DNA of 64,000 bases, taken from Phoronis australis (Eukaryota > Animalia > Phoronida). The notes beneath the pieces were generated by a model. The model saw only the letters and a program-made list of their open reading frames with translations, searched no databases and had not been told where the DNA came from. The stretch's first letter is position 1; each line of letters begins with the position of its first letter. The stretch is taken from positions 211,594 to 275,593 of the forward strand of contig NMRA01000318.1 in assembly GCA_002633005.1 (NCBI GenBank), in the 5' to 3' direction. Below are positions 27,084 to 40,651 of the stretch, piece by piece. The translations under genes and the position numbers were made by a program.

Positions 27084-30000
27084 TGGCGCATTATATCTGT
27101 ATAGCAGCACTATGTCATTTAAAAGTACATGTACTGTGCACTCGTATGTGTTACTAAGCCGGCCTTTGAATACTGAATTGACACCGATATAATCTCTTCT
27201 CACTAATACACATTTCAAACCATTAATTTACAATTGATTCAGCTTGGTATGGTCCAATACACTTTGGTTCGTCACGCTATCTGGTGTCGGACGTAATAAT
27301 TAACCACGTGTAATACACAGAACCGAGATTGTCCATTTCACGTTCTCTCAAGAAATTTTCCTATCTCTTATTTCAACGTCACAGAAGAAAGGTATTCACG
27401 CTCGTGAACACAGACAATAAGCTCAAAATACAAAGTAACACACCTGACCCCTGCAGAACATTGACAAGAAAATTGCTTAATTATTATTTGTGTGTTCAGA
27501 AAACTTTACAAATATCCGATGAAAAACTTTGTAGTATTGAGAGTCTCGACCGTCAATCCGTAAGTGTTGATCACACATCAGGTGACACATGACATTGACT
27601 GCGTGCAGAAATCGATCTCAGCAAAAGAAGATCAGTTGGTTTTCTCAGTGTGGTACAAATGGGTATCGCATAGAAATGGAAGTGACACCGATTAATGTTC
27701 GACATAACCTAAACACCTGAGCCAGACATCGGAGCTAAATGTTTCAAATCGTTCTGGACCGATCATAGCTGAGACGGTCGTACAATGACGTCATTTTAAA
27801 AGCTACGTTGTGCTTTTTAAGAAAACGATACAATTCTGAGGTAAATTCGACCGCACACAAAATTCGCAACTAACTGCCATCTTCTTAAAGTTGTCTACTG
27901 CAAAATTCTTGACATACGACCGCTTTACTGCGACTGCACGTGCGACCTTTCATAAAACGGGTGCCTCCACCCCTTTCGTCTTTAGCATTATTCATAATTG
28001 TTCTCGATTGATTATTATCTTATATTCGGTGAATTGTGGCTTATGTTCTCGTGTGTGTGTGTTTTATTATGTTTTTTTTCGTTTTGCTGTTTTCAAACAA
28101 ATAACTGGTTTTGGTTTGTTAATTTTAGAATATGTTTTGTAATAAATACGTTCGGCAGACCACATTTGTGTCACAGTCTTGCAAACAGGGACCAATGTTT
28201 AGATTTATATCAATTCACACTGGAATACTTAACATTCATATCTCTGCTGTCAAAGAAGGGTGAACTATATTTTCAACGTTTCGTAACTGATGCGTCCAGG
28301 CCAGTTTCAAATATATTAGAAGAGATATGATTAGTATATACAAACGATAGATAACATTATAAATCCCTGTTCAAGCCCAATTAATGGCGATTTTACAAAT
28401 ACCGCGTTGTAGGAGGTAGCCTTATAAAGCGTCCCTTAATTCTCTACAATCTGAAAATCGTTAGAAAATAGCACCTCGCCGATAACAAATCTTTTGAGAT
28501 CTCCAGCAGATTAAGTATTTCTAAAATTAGATTTCGCAAATGCATACGCGCGATTTGTATCATTGAATTTATGTAGTTGTATAGTAAATATTGACACATA
28601 ACATTTTAGCGAAAATTTTAATTGTTCTCTATATTTGAAATCAGAGAAATTTCTTGTTTGCGCATAAATATTCAGCAAATAATTTGAGACGAGTACAAAC
28701 GTCACTTGTGAAAGTCGTTGTAAGTCGCGTCACATGATATTTTGTTCTGTATTTCGTAGGAAGTTGTCAAAGGAAAAGCTACCGCTGTAACCATGGAGAC
28801 CATTAGACCAAAGGTATAGCTGACGGAGCGTGGGACACTGAGTCACCAACTGGGGTAGAGCGGCGCAACTTTGCGATGCCACGAAACGGTGGAGGTGCAG
28901 GTGGGCAGGTGGGAAATTTGTGACGTCGCGGTAACAAAATTATTTCGGGAAAAGTGAAATGGGTGACGACCGGAGAGCAGCGAGTATTGGTGGCAACAGG
29001 GGAAGGCGGTACTATTTATTGTCCATCGTAAATCAACTTATGATGTCACAGATATGGCTTACTGAGTGAACAAAAAGGTTGCTCGTTTCTATTTTTGATT
29101 TCCCAAAGGTAAGATATTGACCACAACTTCTAAAACAAATTTGACAAAAGAAACTTCCGCGTTGAACTGAAACTTTTTTGATTGAAACGGCAAAAAGTGC
29201 GTTAGCCATAAAACAAATTGTTTAGACCATAATAGAGAGACAAGCTGATGATGATGTAGCGAGAAACTTTATTTTGCTATAGCGTTAAAAAGCAACATTC
29301 AACAGAATATACAAGTCACTCTTTTTAAATAAGAAATTTATGAAGCTCCAACACACTATTCAAAGTTGCCACTGCTTTCGCACACATTTCCACAGTATTT
29401 TTGTTTCGTGTTACCTTCCAAAACACGGATAGCACTTCAGAAGAGTTAAAATGTCCATTTATCTCGTATCCCTTTGGTTCTGCTCTGGTTTGTGTACATC
29501 CTTAGGATTACTGCAAGGTGCCACGAGCAAGTTGTCTCTGTATTTCATGGATGCAACGCAGAGCCGTTGACTGTTATGACTGTGTGTTACGCTGGCATTG
29601 AAAGTGTTCTGGTCATTTCGGCCCTGCACATAAATTACCACCAAAGCCTCCAGGCCAATATCTCTGGCGAAATGAACCAAATCACCATGCTTTTCATGTT
29701 TTTCAAAGTCACCATGTGCAGCTATATTTAACAAATATGGCGTCATTTAAGATTGGGATAACTTTGTTAGATTCCACAGATGGCTGGTCTGTGATACCGC
29801 TATTTCTTTCGGTGCGCCTGGTTCTCCGTTCTAGGAAAAAACGAAAATTTCCATTGCGATACCCCACAAAAACAATGCCAAAACGAAAGATAAAAAGGAA
29901 TGATTAACACAGTTTGTCGATCGCCCTTAAGAGATCTATCTGGATCTGAATCGAATTAACAAGAAGGTCTTTCAACCACATTTAAGGTTTCGGCCATCAA

Positions 30001-30459
30001 ACGGCAAAGATATGGTTTGTGTGTGGCAAGTCGACCACGAGGGCGTAGCGAATATCTTCGAGTGTTTTTTTACTGTAACAGAAAGCAGATGCCCCCTTGT
30101 GTGTGTTGAGCCGCAACTCGCGAAACGAAAGCTGTTGAAATGTAAACTTGCGAAAGCGGGCAGGTATTGATTGACTACGTGGGCAAGTTCTTGAAAAACA
30201 GGTGTTTGTTTCGCAGGGAGTCTGTTACTACGGTAGAGATTATGCTTGCAAAGATTATTACTATTAGGAAAAGGGCAAATTCTTTTTCCAGAAAGCATGG
30301 TGATGAGTGAAACGTTTCCAGCCCTACCGGTTATGATCACTGACTGCAATGAACTTTAAGTGATAGACTGACTCATCAACCAACAAGCTTTCTGAAATTA
30401 CGTTTGTTCATTATTACAGTCATCCGAAAGTAATGCAAAAAATTCCATCGCATCGTTTT

Positions 30460-30780
30460 TATCATTATCGTTATCATGAGTACTATCACTATCACTTATC
30501 ATTTTTTGAACTATTACTATAAGTATTACTATAACAATAGTTGTAATAGTATGAATAACACTACATAAACAGTGATAACATTAACAATAACATTTGCAAA
30601 AAATAACGTTGTTACGATGATAATGACACTAGTCGTGCTTGTAATAATGATAATAATAACTAATTATTAACATTACTCTTACAACTTGTAGTTTATTGCT
30701 TTATTACTGCTGTTATTATTAACATTTTTTCAACCATAATTAGTGTCATTGTTACCGTCAACATTCATCTCATTGTAATG
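30460..30780. repeat. Degenerate AT-rich trinucleotide low-complexity tract (TAT/ATA/ACA)
   Basis: Runs such as atcattatcgttatc, taataatgataataataac and ttattactgctgttattatt. Confidence 0.7.
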
Positions 30781-30864
30781 CTTTTCGGTCGGATAATCCA
30801 ACTTACTAGTAGTATAAATTCTTTTAAGAATTAAAATTATTAAAATATTATCCTTTTTATATGA

Positions 30865-31192
30865 TTAAAGCTGCATTTCATCCCTTGTTAAGGTGACTAA
30901 AAAAAGTTAAATTAGGCATTTTGTTCTCACAGAATCGATCTCATGATGTCCCTTGCCGTGACAGGATTTCATTTCTGTTACCAATTCAATTCCCAGGATA
31001 TGCAGACACGCAACATTTACAATTCGCAATTTCAGGGTTCATTTGCCCAACCCCAATCTTGAGTCGCTGATGGTAAACGGAGATTGGTTAATATCACGAT
31101 AAGGACTGTTGTGAAACCGGTTTTATGAGAGTATAAAGCCTAATTCGATTTTTGTTTTTTAACCATCTAAGCAAGGCAGAATACAGCTTCAA
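30865..31192. mobile_element. Fold-back MITE with about 120-bp diverged TIRs, TTAA-type (Kolobok-like) ends
   Basis: ttaaagctgcatt...aattaggc...ctca...atctca...gtga...gttacca mirrored by tggtaa...tcacgataagg...tgagag...gcctaatt...aatacagcttcaa. Confidence 0.7.
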
Positions 31193-34100
31193 CATGCAAA
31201 TTTCAAATATATACCGAGCAAAACCAATTTCAGTGGTAATGTGAATGTGCGACGTTCTCAAGTCTCTGAATTTTACAAAAATGACTTTGCCAAATAAAAC
31301 ACGAGTGACCGCTTATCCGTCAATGAAATAACCCGAGGGACAAAAATGTGACTTCTTGACTCGATCGTGTCAAAACGATGAAAATCTAATTTCGCTGAAT
31401 GATTCAATGAACAGAAGTCACAGTAGGGGACGCGACTGTGGCCCCGGGTCGTTATTCCTGAGAATAAAACTATCGCCGGGAATTTCCTTAAGAGCTATCA
31501 AGAATTTGAATTTTCAGGGTTCATCGCTGAGTCATCTTCAGAGCTTCTGAAACGACCAGTGACGACGCGTAGCCCAATTTTAATTATATTATTAATCGTT
31601 GTTATTAAACGTGTCAGATTTATTATAGCATGTTATGAGTATCATATGTGTGACTATCGACGAATGCGTATTGTAAGAAATTTGTATAATAATCGTTTTT
31701 ACCACTTCATCACGTATTCGCATCTTCCTATTGAAAATTGCTCTATTATGTATAATTTGAAAATACGTTACACTGTTGATAGAAAAAAGATTATTTTTAT
31801 TTTTATTACATTTTGTATTATAAACAAAATTTTGTATTGATAACTCTATAAGAGATCAAAAGAGCATAGTACTTGGTCTTGATCTGCACCCCAACTAATT
31901 TTGAGATCTGCGCTCACCGACTAAAAAACGCTCACCCGCATCAATTTCATTCAAGGTCTCGTGTTTTTTTGAAAAGCAGCGCAAAAGTATGTAAGGGTAA
32001 CTGGAGTTTGAAACGCCATGGTTTGCCAAGCGATCAGAACCAACTATGCTTTTTGGCCTAACGTGGTCTCCAGTGAAGTTGTGCTTTGCCTTGGGGGATC
32101 TTTTGTGTTTGTATACATGTGTATGTTTTAATGTGTTCGGCCAAATGTTTATGAGATAGTAAACGTATCGTCTCCCAGCTACACTCCACTTGCATGAATA
32201 TGCTAACAAGCAAATTGATCGAAGGCGAAACCACCTTTGGCTTCAGTAACCGTACATCGATTGATGATTCGGATAACTTTAGAAAGTGTCCCGAGTTCCC
32301 GAGCAGGCGACGAATGCGCATATCCACAGCGACGACCGGCGTAATGGAACACCGCATTTCTTTACATGCAGTTTCATTATTATAATAATCCATTTCAGAG
32401 TGCGCTCTGGAGCATTTCGAGTTATTAGTAATATCGTAAAATAGATATTCAGCAAAAAATGCATGCGTTAAGAGTAACTTTGCAAATACAGTAGCAAATT
32501 TCCTTTTACTGGTGTTTTGCAAAGGGTAAGGCTGAACATCGTTTCATTTTTGTTTTCTTTACAAATCATACGAGCTGATAAACGCGGTTGGATCAAAATA
32601 CTGGGTGGGGTGGTGGCTATTTTTAACTGATAACTATTTTATTTTGCCTGTTTATTATTCTTACACATTTCTGACACGAGGCACGCGCCCATGGTAAGCG
32701 GAAAGAAAACATGATTACTTCTGACACGAGACCAGATAAGACATCGTCTTCTCTCGTCGTTTCATCGTAATCGTTTGAGACTTGCAACTGCAAAAAGTTC
32801 AGATGTGCTTATCTACATGTGAAGGCAATCGGTTCAGCAGCTCAATCTTAATTGAAGACATACATGTAACTTATAAGGACAAATCGTTCATAACATATAG
32901 TATTGCACGATTTGTATGTCTCCATTTTGATCAACTTTATTATCTTGCTAAAAGACTTTCTCGCTGCCCCACAAAGTGAATGCAGTGTTCCGAGTTAAAC
33001 AATCTTTCCCTCCCACAGAGTTAGTCACATTTTCCGACATTGCATGTTCTTTGTGGCGTCTTTAAACTTGCTTTACCAATTTTTAGGTTAAAGTTGGTTG
33101 AAGAGCATTATTTTGTTTCAAAAATTCAAGGGATGCATTTGTAGTAAAAATCTGCTATAAGGCTAAAACTGGGTTTAACATCGTTTTAAATTTCAAATTG
33201 TCCGGGTATGTGTTCTTTACTTTACAAACCCGTCTCTAATGAATACTCTAGTGCCAAAACCTTCATATTAATTTGATCAGCAGTCAATGTATTTGACGAT
33301 GAGTAAAGTACATCTTGTTAGTTGAGAAGCGATCGTTTTTTTTGTTCTGTTGGCCCGCCCAGCTTTCATCTTGGACTAGTCATTTCTTCGTCAGTTTACA
33401 CTAAAGTGTGGTCCCGTCATTCTTACCGCTTCTGGGGTTTTCAAAACACCACCAAATACCATAGGGATGTCCGCTGAGTTGAAACGCGCAAAACAATCTA
33501 TAACACTCGCTCAGTATAATTAAAGAAACGGCACATTCCTGGATTTTGGTTACTGTGGTAGTAAACGACACTACATCTTTTAAATGTTTCAAGAACTCGT
33601 TTATCTAACCGATTATAAAGGCACTTTCATTATCAGGGCTGTGTTGCATAACACTTAACATTTTTATTAGATTTTGTTCATGGTTGTCATATGACGTCAC
33701 GAACATAGACCGTCAGCTATTACTGGGCAGTTCAGGATTTAACGTCACCGGAGATAAGAAAAAAGTACTCGTTTGAATTGTTTAAATTGGAACTGGACTC
33801 TTAACAACTATATCAACGCAAGAAAATGGGGTCTTCCAACTAACAATTTGTTATTGACACCATTTTTAAATACTATGTGGAAAATTGGTGAGCAATTGAC
33901 TTCGAAAAACAATGGAAATCATTATTGAGACTTAAAACCGGATATACGTACGTATTAAAACAAGTCTCAAATGCATTACATTAATGGAAAGCAATACGAT
34001 AAATGCGTTTCCTACCAAACACAATGCACGTAACGATAATTACAAGTCAAATCAATCGATTGAAGGAAGAGCGCTCGAGTAGACATGACCCCCTGTGAAC

Positions 34101-34360
34101 TGTTTGACTTCCGGCTAATTTGTTTATCCTACCTTTGTATTGTTGTTTTGTTTGCGAACAGGTAAGAGTAACACCTGTTATGTCAATTTATACAGTAAAC
34201 AAAGGACTATGTTGAATTGTTTAGATAACCGAGAGTCTTACATGAAGTCCTCCGTTTCGTTTGCAATCCACCTGTCGGGGTTTGTGGTAGGGCGAACTTG
34301 GGAACAACCCATTCACGTGTGTATCACATACCCGAGTTAAAAAAGATTAGATTTTACCTT

Positions 34361-34361
<1 letters not shown>

Positions 34362-34429
<68 letters not shown>

Positions 34430-34430
34430 T

Positions 34431-34461
<31 letters not shown>

Positions 34462-34548
34462 CCATCACCATCATTATACTCGTCATTACCATTGTCACAG
34501 TCGTCTTCACCTTCATCGTCACCGTGATTAATCATCATTATAATCATC
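34362..34548 (+). repeat. (CAT)n microsatellite with degenerate tail
   Basis: About 30 near-perfect ATC units to about 34460. This is the source of the poly-His, poly-Met and poly-Asp ORFs. Confidence 0.95.
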
Positions 34549-34686
34549 TACACCACCACCACCAGCTTTCCGGAGGAGCACTCCCGTAGAAGAGGTATAC
34601 GCAATGTACGTACCGCAAATCTCAAAATGGGTAGATATCCTAATTTTCCAACTGCATCTCCCTTCAGAATATAATCTCGGATCACC

Positions 34687-34782
34687 ATGATGATGATGAT
34701 GATGATGGGGATGATGATGATGAGAATGATGATAATGATGGTGATCATGACGGTCATCATCATCATCATCATCATCATCATC
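34687..34782. repeat. (ATG)n followed directly by (CAT)n
   Basis: atgatgatg... 34687-34741, then catcatcat... 34756-34782. Confidence 0.9.
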
Positions 34783-34910
34783 GTCAGCTCCTCCTCACAC
34801 TTAATACCATCAACATGGTCATCATTATAATCCACCTGATTTGGCTTTGTACTCCACAGAATGTTGAGATAACTCCGACATCTTATGCCCTGAGGTGTCC
34901 ACCACACTAA

Positions 34911-35260
34911 ACACATTCCACCCTGTTAAGCTGGATAAAAACGAAAATTGAATTAGACCTTTTGCTCTCAGAAAATCGGTCTCGTAATATTCCTTACAGT
35001 GATAGGACTCTGTTTCCGTAACCAACAAGAAAGCATTAGCGACTCATGAATGTGCTTCAGGGAATATTGAGGTTGGCCAACCCTAAAATTGCGAATTTGG
35101 AAATGGCACATACAAGCATTAGCTGGGACTTGAGCAAGTAACGGAAATAGAATCAAATCGTGATAAGAAATCACGTTATGTGACCGGTCTCGTGCGATTA
35201 AAAATCCTAATTCGTTTTTTTTTCTTTTGTTTTTAGCCAGCATAACAAGGGCGTGTTATA
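34911..35260. mobile_element. Second copy of the fold-back MITE family at 30865-31192, opposite orientation
   Basis: TIRs ccctgttaagctggataaaaac..gaattag / ctaattcg..gtttttagccagcataacaaggg. The core aaccctaaaattgcgaatt is the reverse complement of aattcgcaatttcagggtt in the first copy. Confidence 0.7.
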
Positions 35261-37179
35261 ACAATAATCTATTCCCCGGTGGCTCAACGTGCATACCGAG
35301 CTGTAGTTTGAGTGAAGGTCCATTGAAGTAGATAACAGACAGCGATGTCGCGTCTTCAGACGATTTTTCAAACAAAATAGTTGGTAACTTCCGAAGTTAA
35401 TGTTTCTCATTAAAGATATCCTGTAAAAAATGCAAATTCCGAGCAATGTATACAGCTAAGGGCGGGCGTTGGAATTCAAACAAAAACAACGCCCATTCTA
35501 AACCAAAGGAGTGCCGGTGCTTACACAATAAAACAAGATAATTCGCAACATATCAGCTTTATTGAGTTTCATGTTGTAACAGTTATTTCAAATAACATTT
35601 GGCTACACAAACAAATTTAGGCATAGACGATTTATTGTTGAACCTCAATGAAAGTGATTCGTTAACAAAAGATATGTGTCTGATATCAGGTTGTGGACAG
35701 GTCAGATTTCGAATTGGACTTCCGCGTCATCGAAATTAAGGACTAGAAAATGTAAACAAGTTGGAAAGAAAATTAGCATACGTTTCGTTGTTCCTGAAAC
35801 GTCACAGGATGAGCATAGAAATCTCAACAAAATAGATACAATTCACTCCATCCAAATCGTTCAGCGAGCCCGCACGGTGACCGAGATATGGACTAAGAGT
35901 GGGCATTAGTCAACACTCGACGCGCCCTTTTCAGGTGGTGGCTGTTGTTTGCGAGCAACTTAATTAATTGCAATGGAATGCACACAGCATCCCCTTACTC
36001 ACGTAAAATTTCCATTTATTTTGTGGCGTTAGGTATTGGAACAGAGAAAAACTGGATTTCTAACAATGAAAAGTTGTCTTGAACATCTGCGAGTAAGCGG
36101 ATTGCCGGGGCGAGCAGCTGCACTCTCCTAAAGTGTGGTTGGGCTCCCTTTGCGACATCTTAGACCCGCCACTGGTTTGTTAACTTTTACTAGAAAACGA
36201 TAGGCTACTATATCACGGATACTGTCATTCTCGTTTGTTGCTAGATCGCGGGACGTGACATTTGGCGCAGTACCGCACAATGGGGCGCAAAACTTATGGG
36301 TAATTAACGTGACTCTTCAGACCTTTACAGCTGAAGACCTCTACTTGTCAAATAAATTCACCTAAACAAAGCAGGTAAAAACACACGGCGGGTGGTACTC
36401 ATATATTGATTATTGGGCGATAATTAGCCCATTGAGTCCAGAAGTACCGTGACAGCCAATTAAGAATGACAGTGAGTAGTTAATGATTTAAATGTGTCCT
36501 GGCAACATAGAAAAAATACATTCCGTATCAAATAAATCATTTCGCGTGCGTTAGAAGAGCAAAAAACCCCGCTAATTCTACCCAAAACGTTTTTTTTTTT
36601 TGATTTACGTCACCACTGTTATAAAATCGATCTCGTCACGTGCCTCACCAAGATTCAGAGAAACGAGTCCTAGGTTTGAAATCTGACAGTCCGCGCACGT
36701 GACGTTCGCTTGTCAGTTTGGGTCAGTAGCTGAGCAAGTATGGCCGTCAAGTGAATTTTAGGTGGTTTATTGCCATCGATTTTAATTGAAGCAAAGGATG
36801 CACTATGACATGACTTTGGAGGTGCAACTAAGTTAGTGAAGGAAGTCGCTATGACAATTGGGGTCTGTTTCAGGAAAAGTGAATAAAGACTTACGTCAGA
36901 AATTTGGTCTTACGCTCCACGTGCTATAAATTTCTGAAAATATAATTAAATCTTACTCAAGCAAAATGCAATGTTTCTGAAAATATTCGCATAACTGTTA
37001 CTTACTGAAAAAATATTTTAAAATTTTATCCATAAATTATTTCTACAGATTATTTTTAAGAGTGTGATGCACTCAGTTACTTGTCTTAACCTTTATTCAA
37101 CAACTGTGAAATGGGAGCATCAGACCAAATTTCTGTCTTAAGTCTTGTAATTTTTCAGGAAAGGGACACCAGAACATGA

Positions 37180-37424
37180 GGCCAGTTCCAAGAAAACTTA
37201 TTTGGCTCAGAGAAATCTTAAATTTAAGTCAATTTTCAGATAAAGCTTCAATTCGTTTCAAGTCCTTTCCAAGAAAGTGACCTGGCTTTTGACTTAAGTT
37301 TTTGACTTAAGTTATTTCTAAGTCCGACTAATTTACCAGATACAGAAGTTTCAAAGTTTGAAAGTTGAGACAAATCTTAAACCCAAGTCAAAAATAAACT
37401 TAAAAAAGTTTCTTGGAATGAGCC
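37180..37424. mobile_element. Harbinger-like MITE
   Basis: ggccagttccaagaaa ... tttcttggaatgagcc, flanked by atga on both sides, with internal gacttaag/cttaaa repeats. Confidence 0.6.
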
Positions 37425-37499
37425 ATGATTTAAGGTAGCTTAAAGGTTTTGCCGCAATTAAAATACAACAATCAAAATGAAATAACATATAACAGACAT

Positions 37500-37505
37500 T
37501 TTATT
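37500..37505 (-). terminator. Candidate polyadenylation signal of the coiled-coil gene (3' UTR about 2.3 kb)
   Basis: Minus-strand AATAAA followed by T/GT-rich downstream sequence (tgttatatgttatttcattttgattgttg). Close to the end of the CpG-poor domain. Confidence 0.45.
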
Positions 37506-39022
37506 TATCTTAAGTGTGCAAAGTGAACACATTTTCTCATGCCACAAACTGGGTAAAGAAAATTCTCTTAAGAATAGTTGCATCATTAGTTCATTCATAA
37601 ATCACAACACCCAGACGGTGAAATGAATTTTCACTGAAAGATGTGAATAAACAAAATAATTTTTCACAGATTTAAGTGGCACACTGCCCATACGGGAATC
37701 CTCCCTAATTTCAGGTAGCCAAACATGTACAACGCACTTTGAGCAAGGTTGAACAAACGAATTCACACAGCTACATGTGATCAAGTTTTATAATAATAAC
37801 CAGTTTTCAAGATAAATACTCATCAATATAATACATAAATATAAACTGAATCATGGCAAACTTAATCATAAATACAATCACAAATTTGCATAATCCAGAA
37901 TCAAAATGACTTACAGAAACAACACCATGAAAAACATGGTTGCAGAATGATACAAAAGGTCTTCAGAGGCATACTTAAAGTGGTGCACAATGTAAAATCT
38001 TGTTCACATAAACTATGTTTTAGAAACCACTATAATTGATACAATGAAAGGCGACATATTTTGAAGAATTCAAAAAAATTAATTGAGTTTTCTTCAAGCC
38101 AAATACAAGGTCAAGTCAAAACCAACAACTCCAATATGAAATAAATGGCATTGATGGTAACATATAAGCAATCAATGTACAGTTAGGATTGCGAATGCCA
38201 TATTCAATTAATTAGGTGTAGCTTTTTCCAGGCAAAGAAAAAGGTTTTGTAAAATAGCCTGTAGGTGACTTCCAGAAGGAATTTTCAGGAAATATTTGGT
38301 AACAACAGGAAACAAAAAGGCCCATATTACCATTTTAAGAGCATAACTGATAAAATCTTTCCAAGAACCAGTAATTTTTGAAAAAGAAATTTTTAGCACC
38401 AGTCCTACTTTTGAGCAAAATCTAAATACACACCTTTTCTGGGAGAGAGAAAAAATGTAGACAGATCATAACTGACACGGTAGATTTTCAAAAATACAAT
38501 TAGAAGCTATGTAATCTCATCCGTGCAATTTTAAGGCCAGCCTTGTCTCTTTTCAAGAGCAAGATAATTTTCAGGTAGCAACCTGCCAAAATTATGAGAT
38601 ATACCTTGAATTAGAGTGTCAAAGTTCATTCGGAAGATTTTTCTTGTTGTCATGGTGACTCATATGTCAAGGTCTAAGAAATAAGTTTTGAACACGTTCC
38701 TGGGACCATAACATACTCCAAGTGTATAAAACACATTCTTTTGTCAGCTTAACTTAACAAGTGTTCAGCTACAGCAACAGGGCTGGGTTGTAAAAAATGC
38801 CTGCTTTTTATCATTACATAAACTAAATAGCAAATTCCTGCACCAGTTCAGTGAAATGCTCCACAGAAGAAACCGTGAAAAGAAACACAATCATTTAAAC
38901 TTGCTATCCCACACATAACGTCTACGCATTAGTGTAAAGATGGTTGACTTTGATTCAAAGTGCACAATTTTAGCAACTTCAAAACATACAGGCAAAGCAA
39001 TTGGAAGGATTTCAGTTGACTG

Positions 39023-39609
39023 TTAAAGGGACACTATATGCAAGAAAAACAATATTCTGAGATCAGCCACAGTACAGAATCGAACCTGGAAAGCCTGCAG
39101 TTGCAGCCTAATGCTCGGCTGTAGTAGCTAAATCTTAGTCGAAAGATAGAAGAATATTGAAAGTGTATTTATAGACTATAGTACATGGACCGCCAACTCC
39201 GTATACTTTCAATGGACGAAACCTGTGCTCTTACAGACGCAATGACGTCATATTCACTAGCGACACCTGGCCAAATTATATGGTGTTATTTCCAGCAAAT
39301 ACGTCGTCTGCTAATCATGGTCGGCTGTTGAGTTGTCACAATACGCTAACTGGAATCTGGGACAGATAATTTAAGAGAGTGGCGCCTCCTCTAGGACATT
39401 ACCCAACAAAATGTCGGAGTTGCGAGTCTGTTGTCTATAATCTATGGTGTATTTAAATGGTGAAGTCACCAGCCAAAATTTTGGCGAATGTCTGATTACG
39501 TCGAAAATTGGTGAAATCACAAAACACAACAAAATATGTCGTTTATCACATCCACTAATAATCCCCAAAAATGCATTTTTTGGCTGTAAGACTGATAATG
39601 TCTCTTCAA
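39023..39609. mobile_element. Kolobok-like non-autonomous element carrying a tRNA-like segment
   Basis: ttaaagggacact ... aatgtctcttcaa ends. Minus-strand tRNA-like block at 39062-39134 with ggttcgattc. Confidence 0.6.
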
Positions 39610-39808
39610 CTGGCCAAAACTAGCACACACCTTCCTTTTAAGTGAGCTTTGAATGTATGTAATTGAAATTCTAATATTGCCTTGTTAAAACTCAAAATTT
39701 CTTAGAACGGACACATGTACAAACTTTCAGAGTTATTTGTTGATTTCTTTACTGTGAACTTTTTGACGCGGCTTCCTTCATACGACATTACTGCGATACA
39801 CTCTAACA

Positions 39809-39853
39809 CTATGCCTCATTACTCAAACCTTTTGGGTTGCTTCTGTTAGTGAT
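39809..39853 (-). CDS. Coiled-coil protein, last coding exon (14)
   Basis: ttttcatttcag acceptor, phase 0. ITNRSNPKGLSNEA*. Confidence 0.7.
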   Translation of the reverse strand: MTNRSNPKGLSNEA

Positions 39854-40342
39854 CTGAAATGAAAACGGTAGAACAATGAAATTAGGTGTAGCGTTGTTGT
39901 GCAAACGGTGATTCAATGATGTCATATTGATGATGATTTTATAAATTCCGTTTCTGCATTCATGATTTATTATCAAGCCTGCTGATTAAAAAACGACAAT
40001 ATTCACGCAAAAGAGAATAAACATTAGAAAAAGGACCCAATCAATTGTTTCACATCGCTGTGTCTAAGACTTCATTTTTGTGGCCATTAATTCAAGACCA
40101 ACTTAAAATGGTTATAACCCCGCATGCTGTAGAAGAAACTCACATATGTTTAGACCACCTACCCCACCACTCAACTTGTTCCCTACTTAATTGAGAAGTG
40201 ATTCTTTGTCTTGCAAAAAATGATATTTACTTATTTCTCAAAACCATGCTTGGCAACTAAAGAGGCGAGACATGACAAATCAATTTGTAGAGCCTGGTCC
40301 CAAGCAGAAAGGAATGATCATTTCTTTCCAAGTCCAGATACT

Positions 40343-40406
40343 ACATCAATTTTAACAAACATCAATTTTAACAAACATCAATTTTAACAAACATCAATTT
40401 TAACAA
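40343..40406 (+). repeat. 16-bp tandem repeat x4 (acatcaattttaacaa)
   Basis: Four perfect copies, intronic. Confidence 0.95.
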
Positions 40407-40537
40407 AGGAACAAATTACGACCAATTTTAAAAGTGCAAGTGGCCTAAATCACAAGTTGTTTTTCATGACGGAAGGCGGGTTTATAGACCCTTTAAACAC
40501 AGACCATACAGACTAAACAGATTGAATGAATCCTTAC

Positions 40538-40651
40538 TTTGATGAGCCTGATATGTTCACGTTCATGTTCGCCTAAGTGATACTTGTCCTCACGTAGTAG
40601 CTCTCTGTGTTTTTGCAAGGCAACGTAACTCTCCTCCCGCTGAGCGTGCAC
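40538..40651 (-). CDS. Coiled-coil protein, exon 13
   Basis: ttacag / gtaagg, phase 0-0, 114 nt. VHAQREESYVALQKHRELLREDKYHLGEHEREHIRLIK. Confidence 0.85.

Noticed and set aside
29459-32522. Several 85-154 aa ORFs upstream of BMP3
   Set aside because: They overlap on both strands, have no domain motifs or splice-consistent chain, and are probably TE-derived or random.
34298-34916. Poly-His, poly-Met, poly-Asp and poly-Ile ORFs
   Set aside because: These are translations of (CAT)n/(ATG)n microsatellites, with no splice or coding context.
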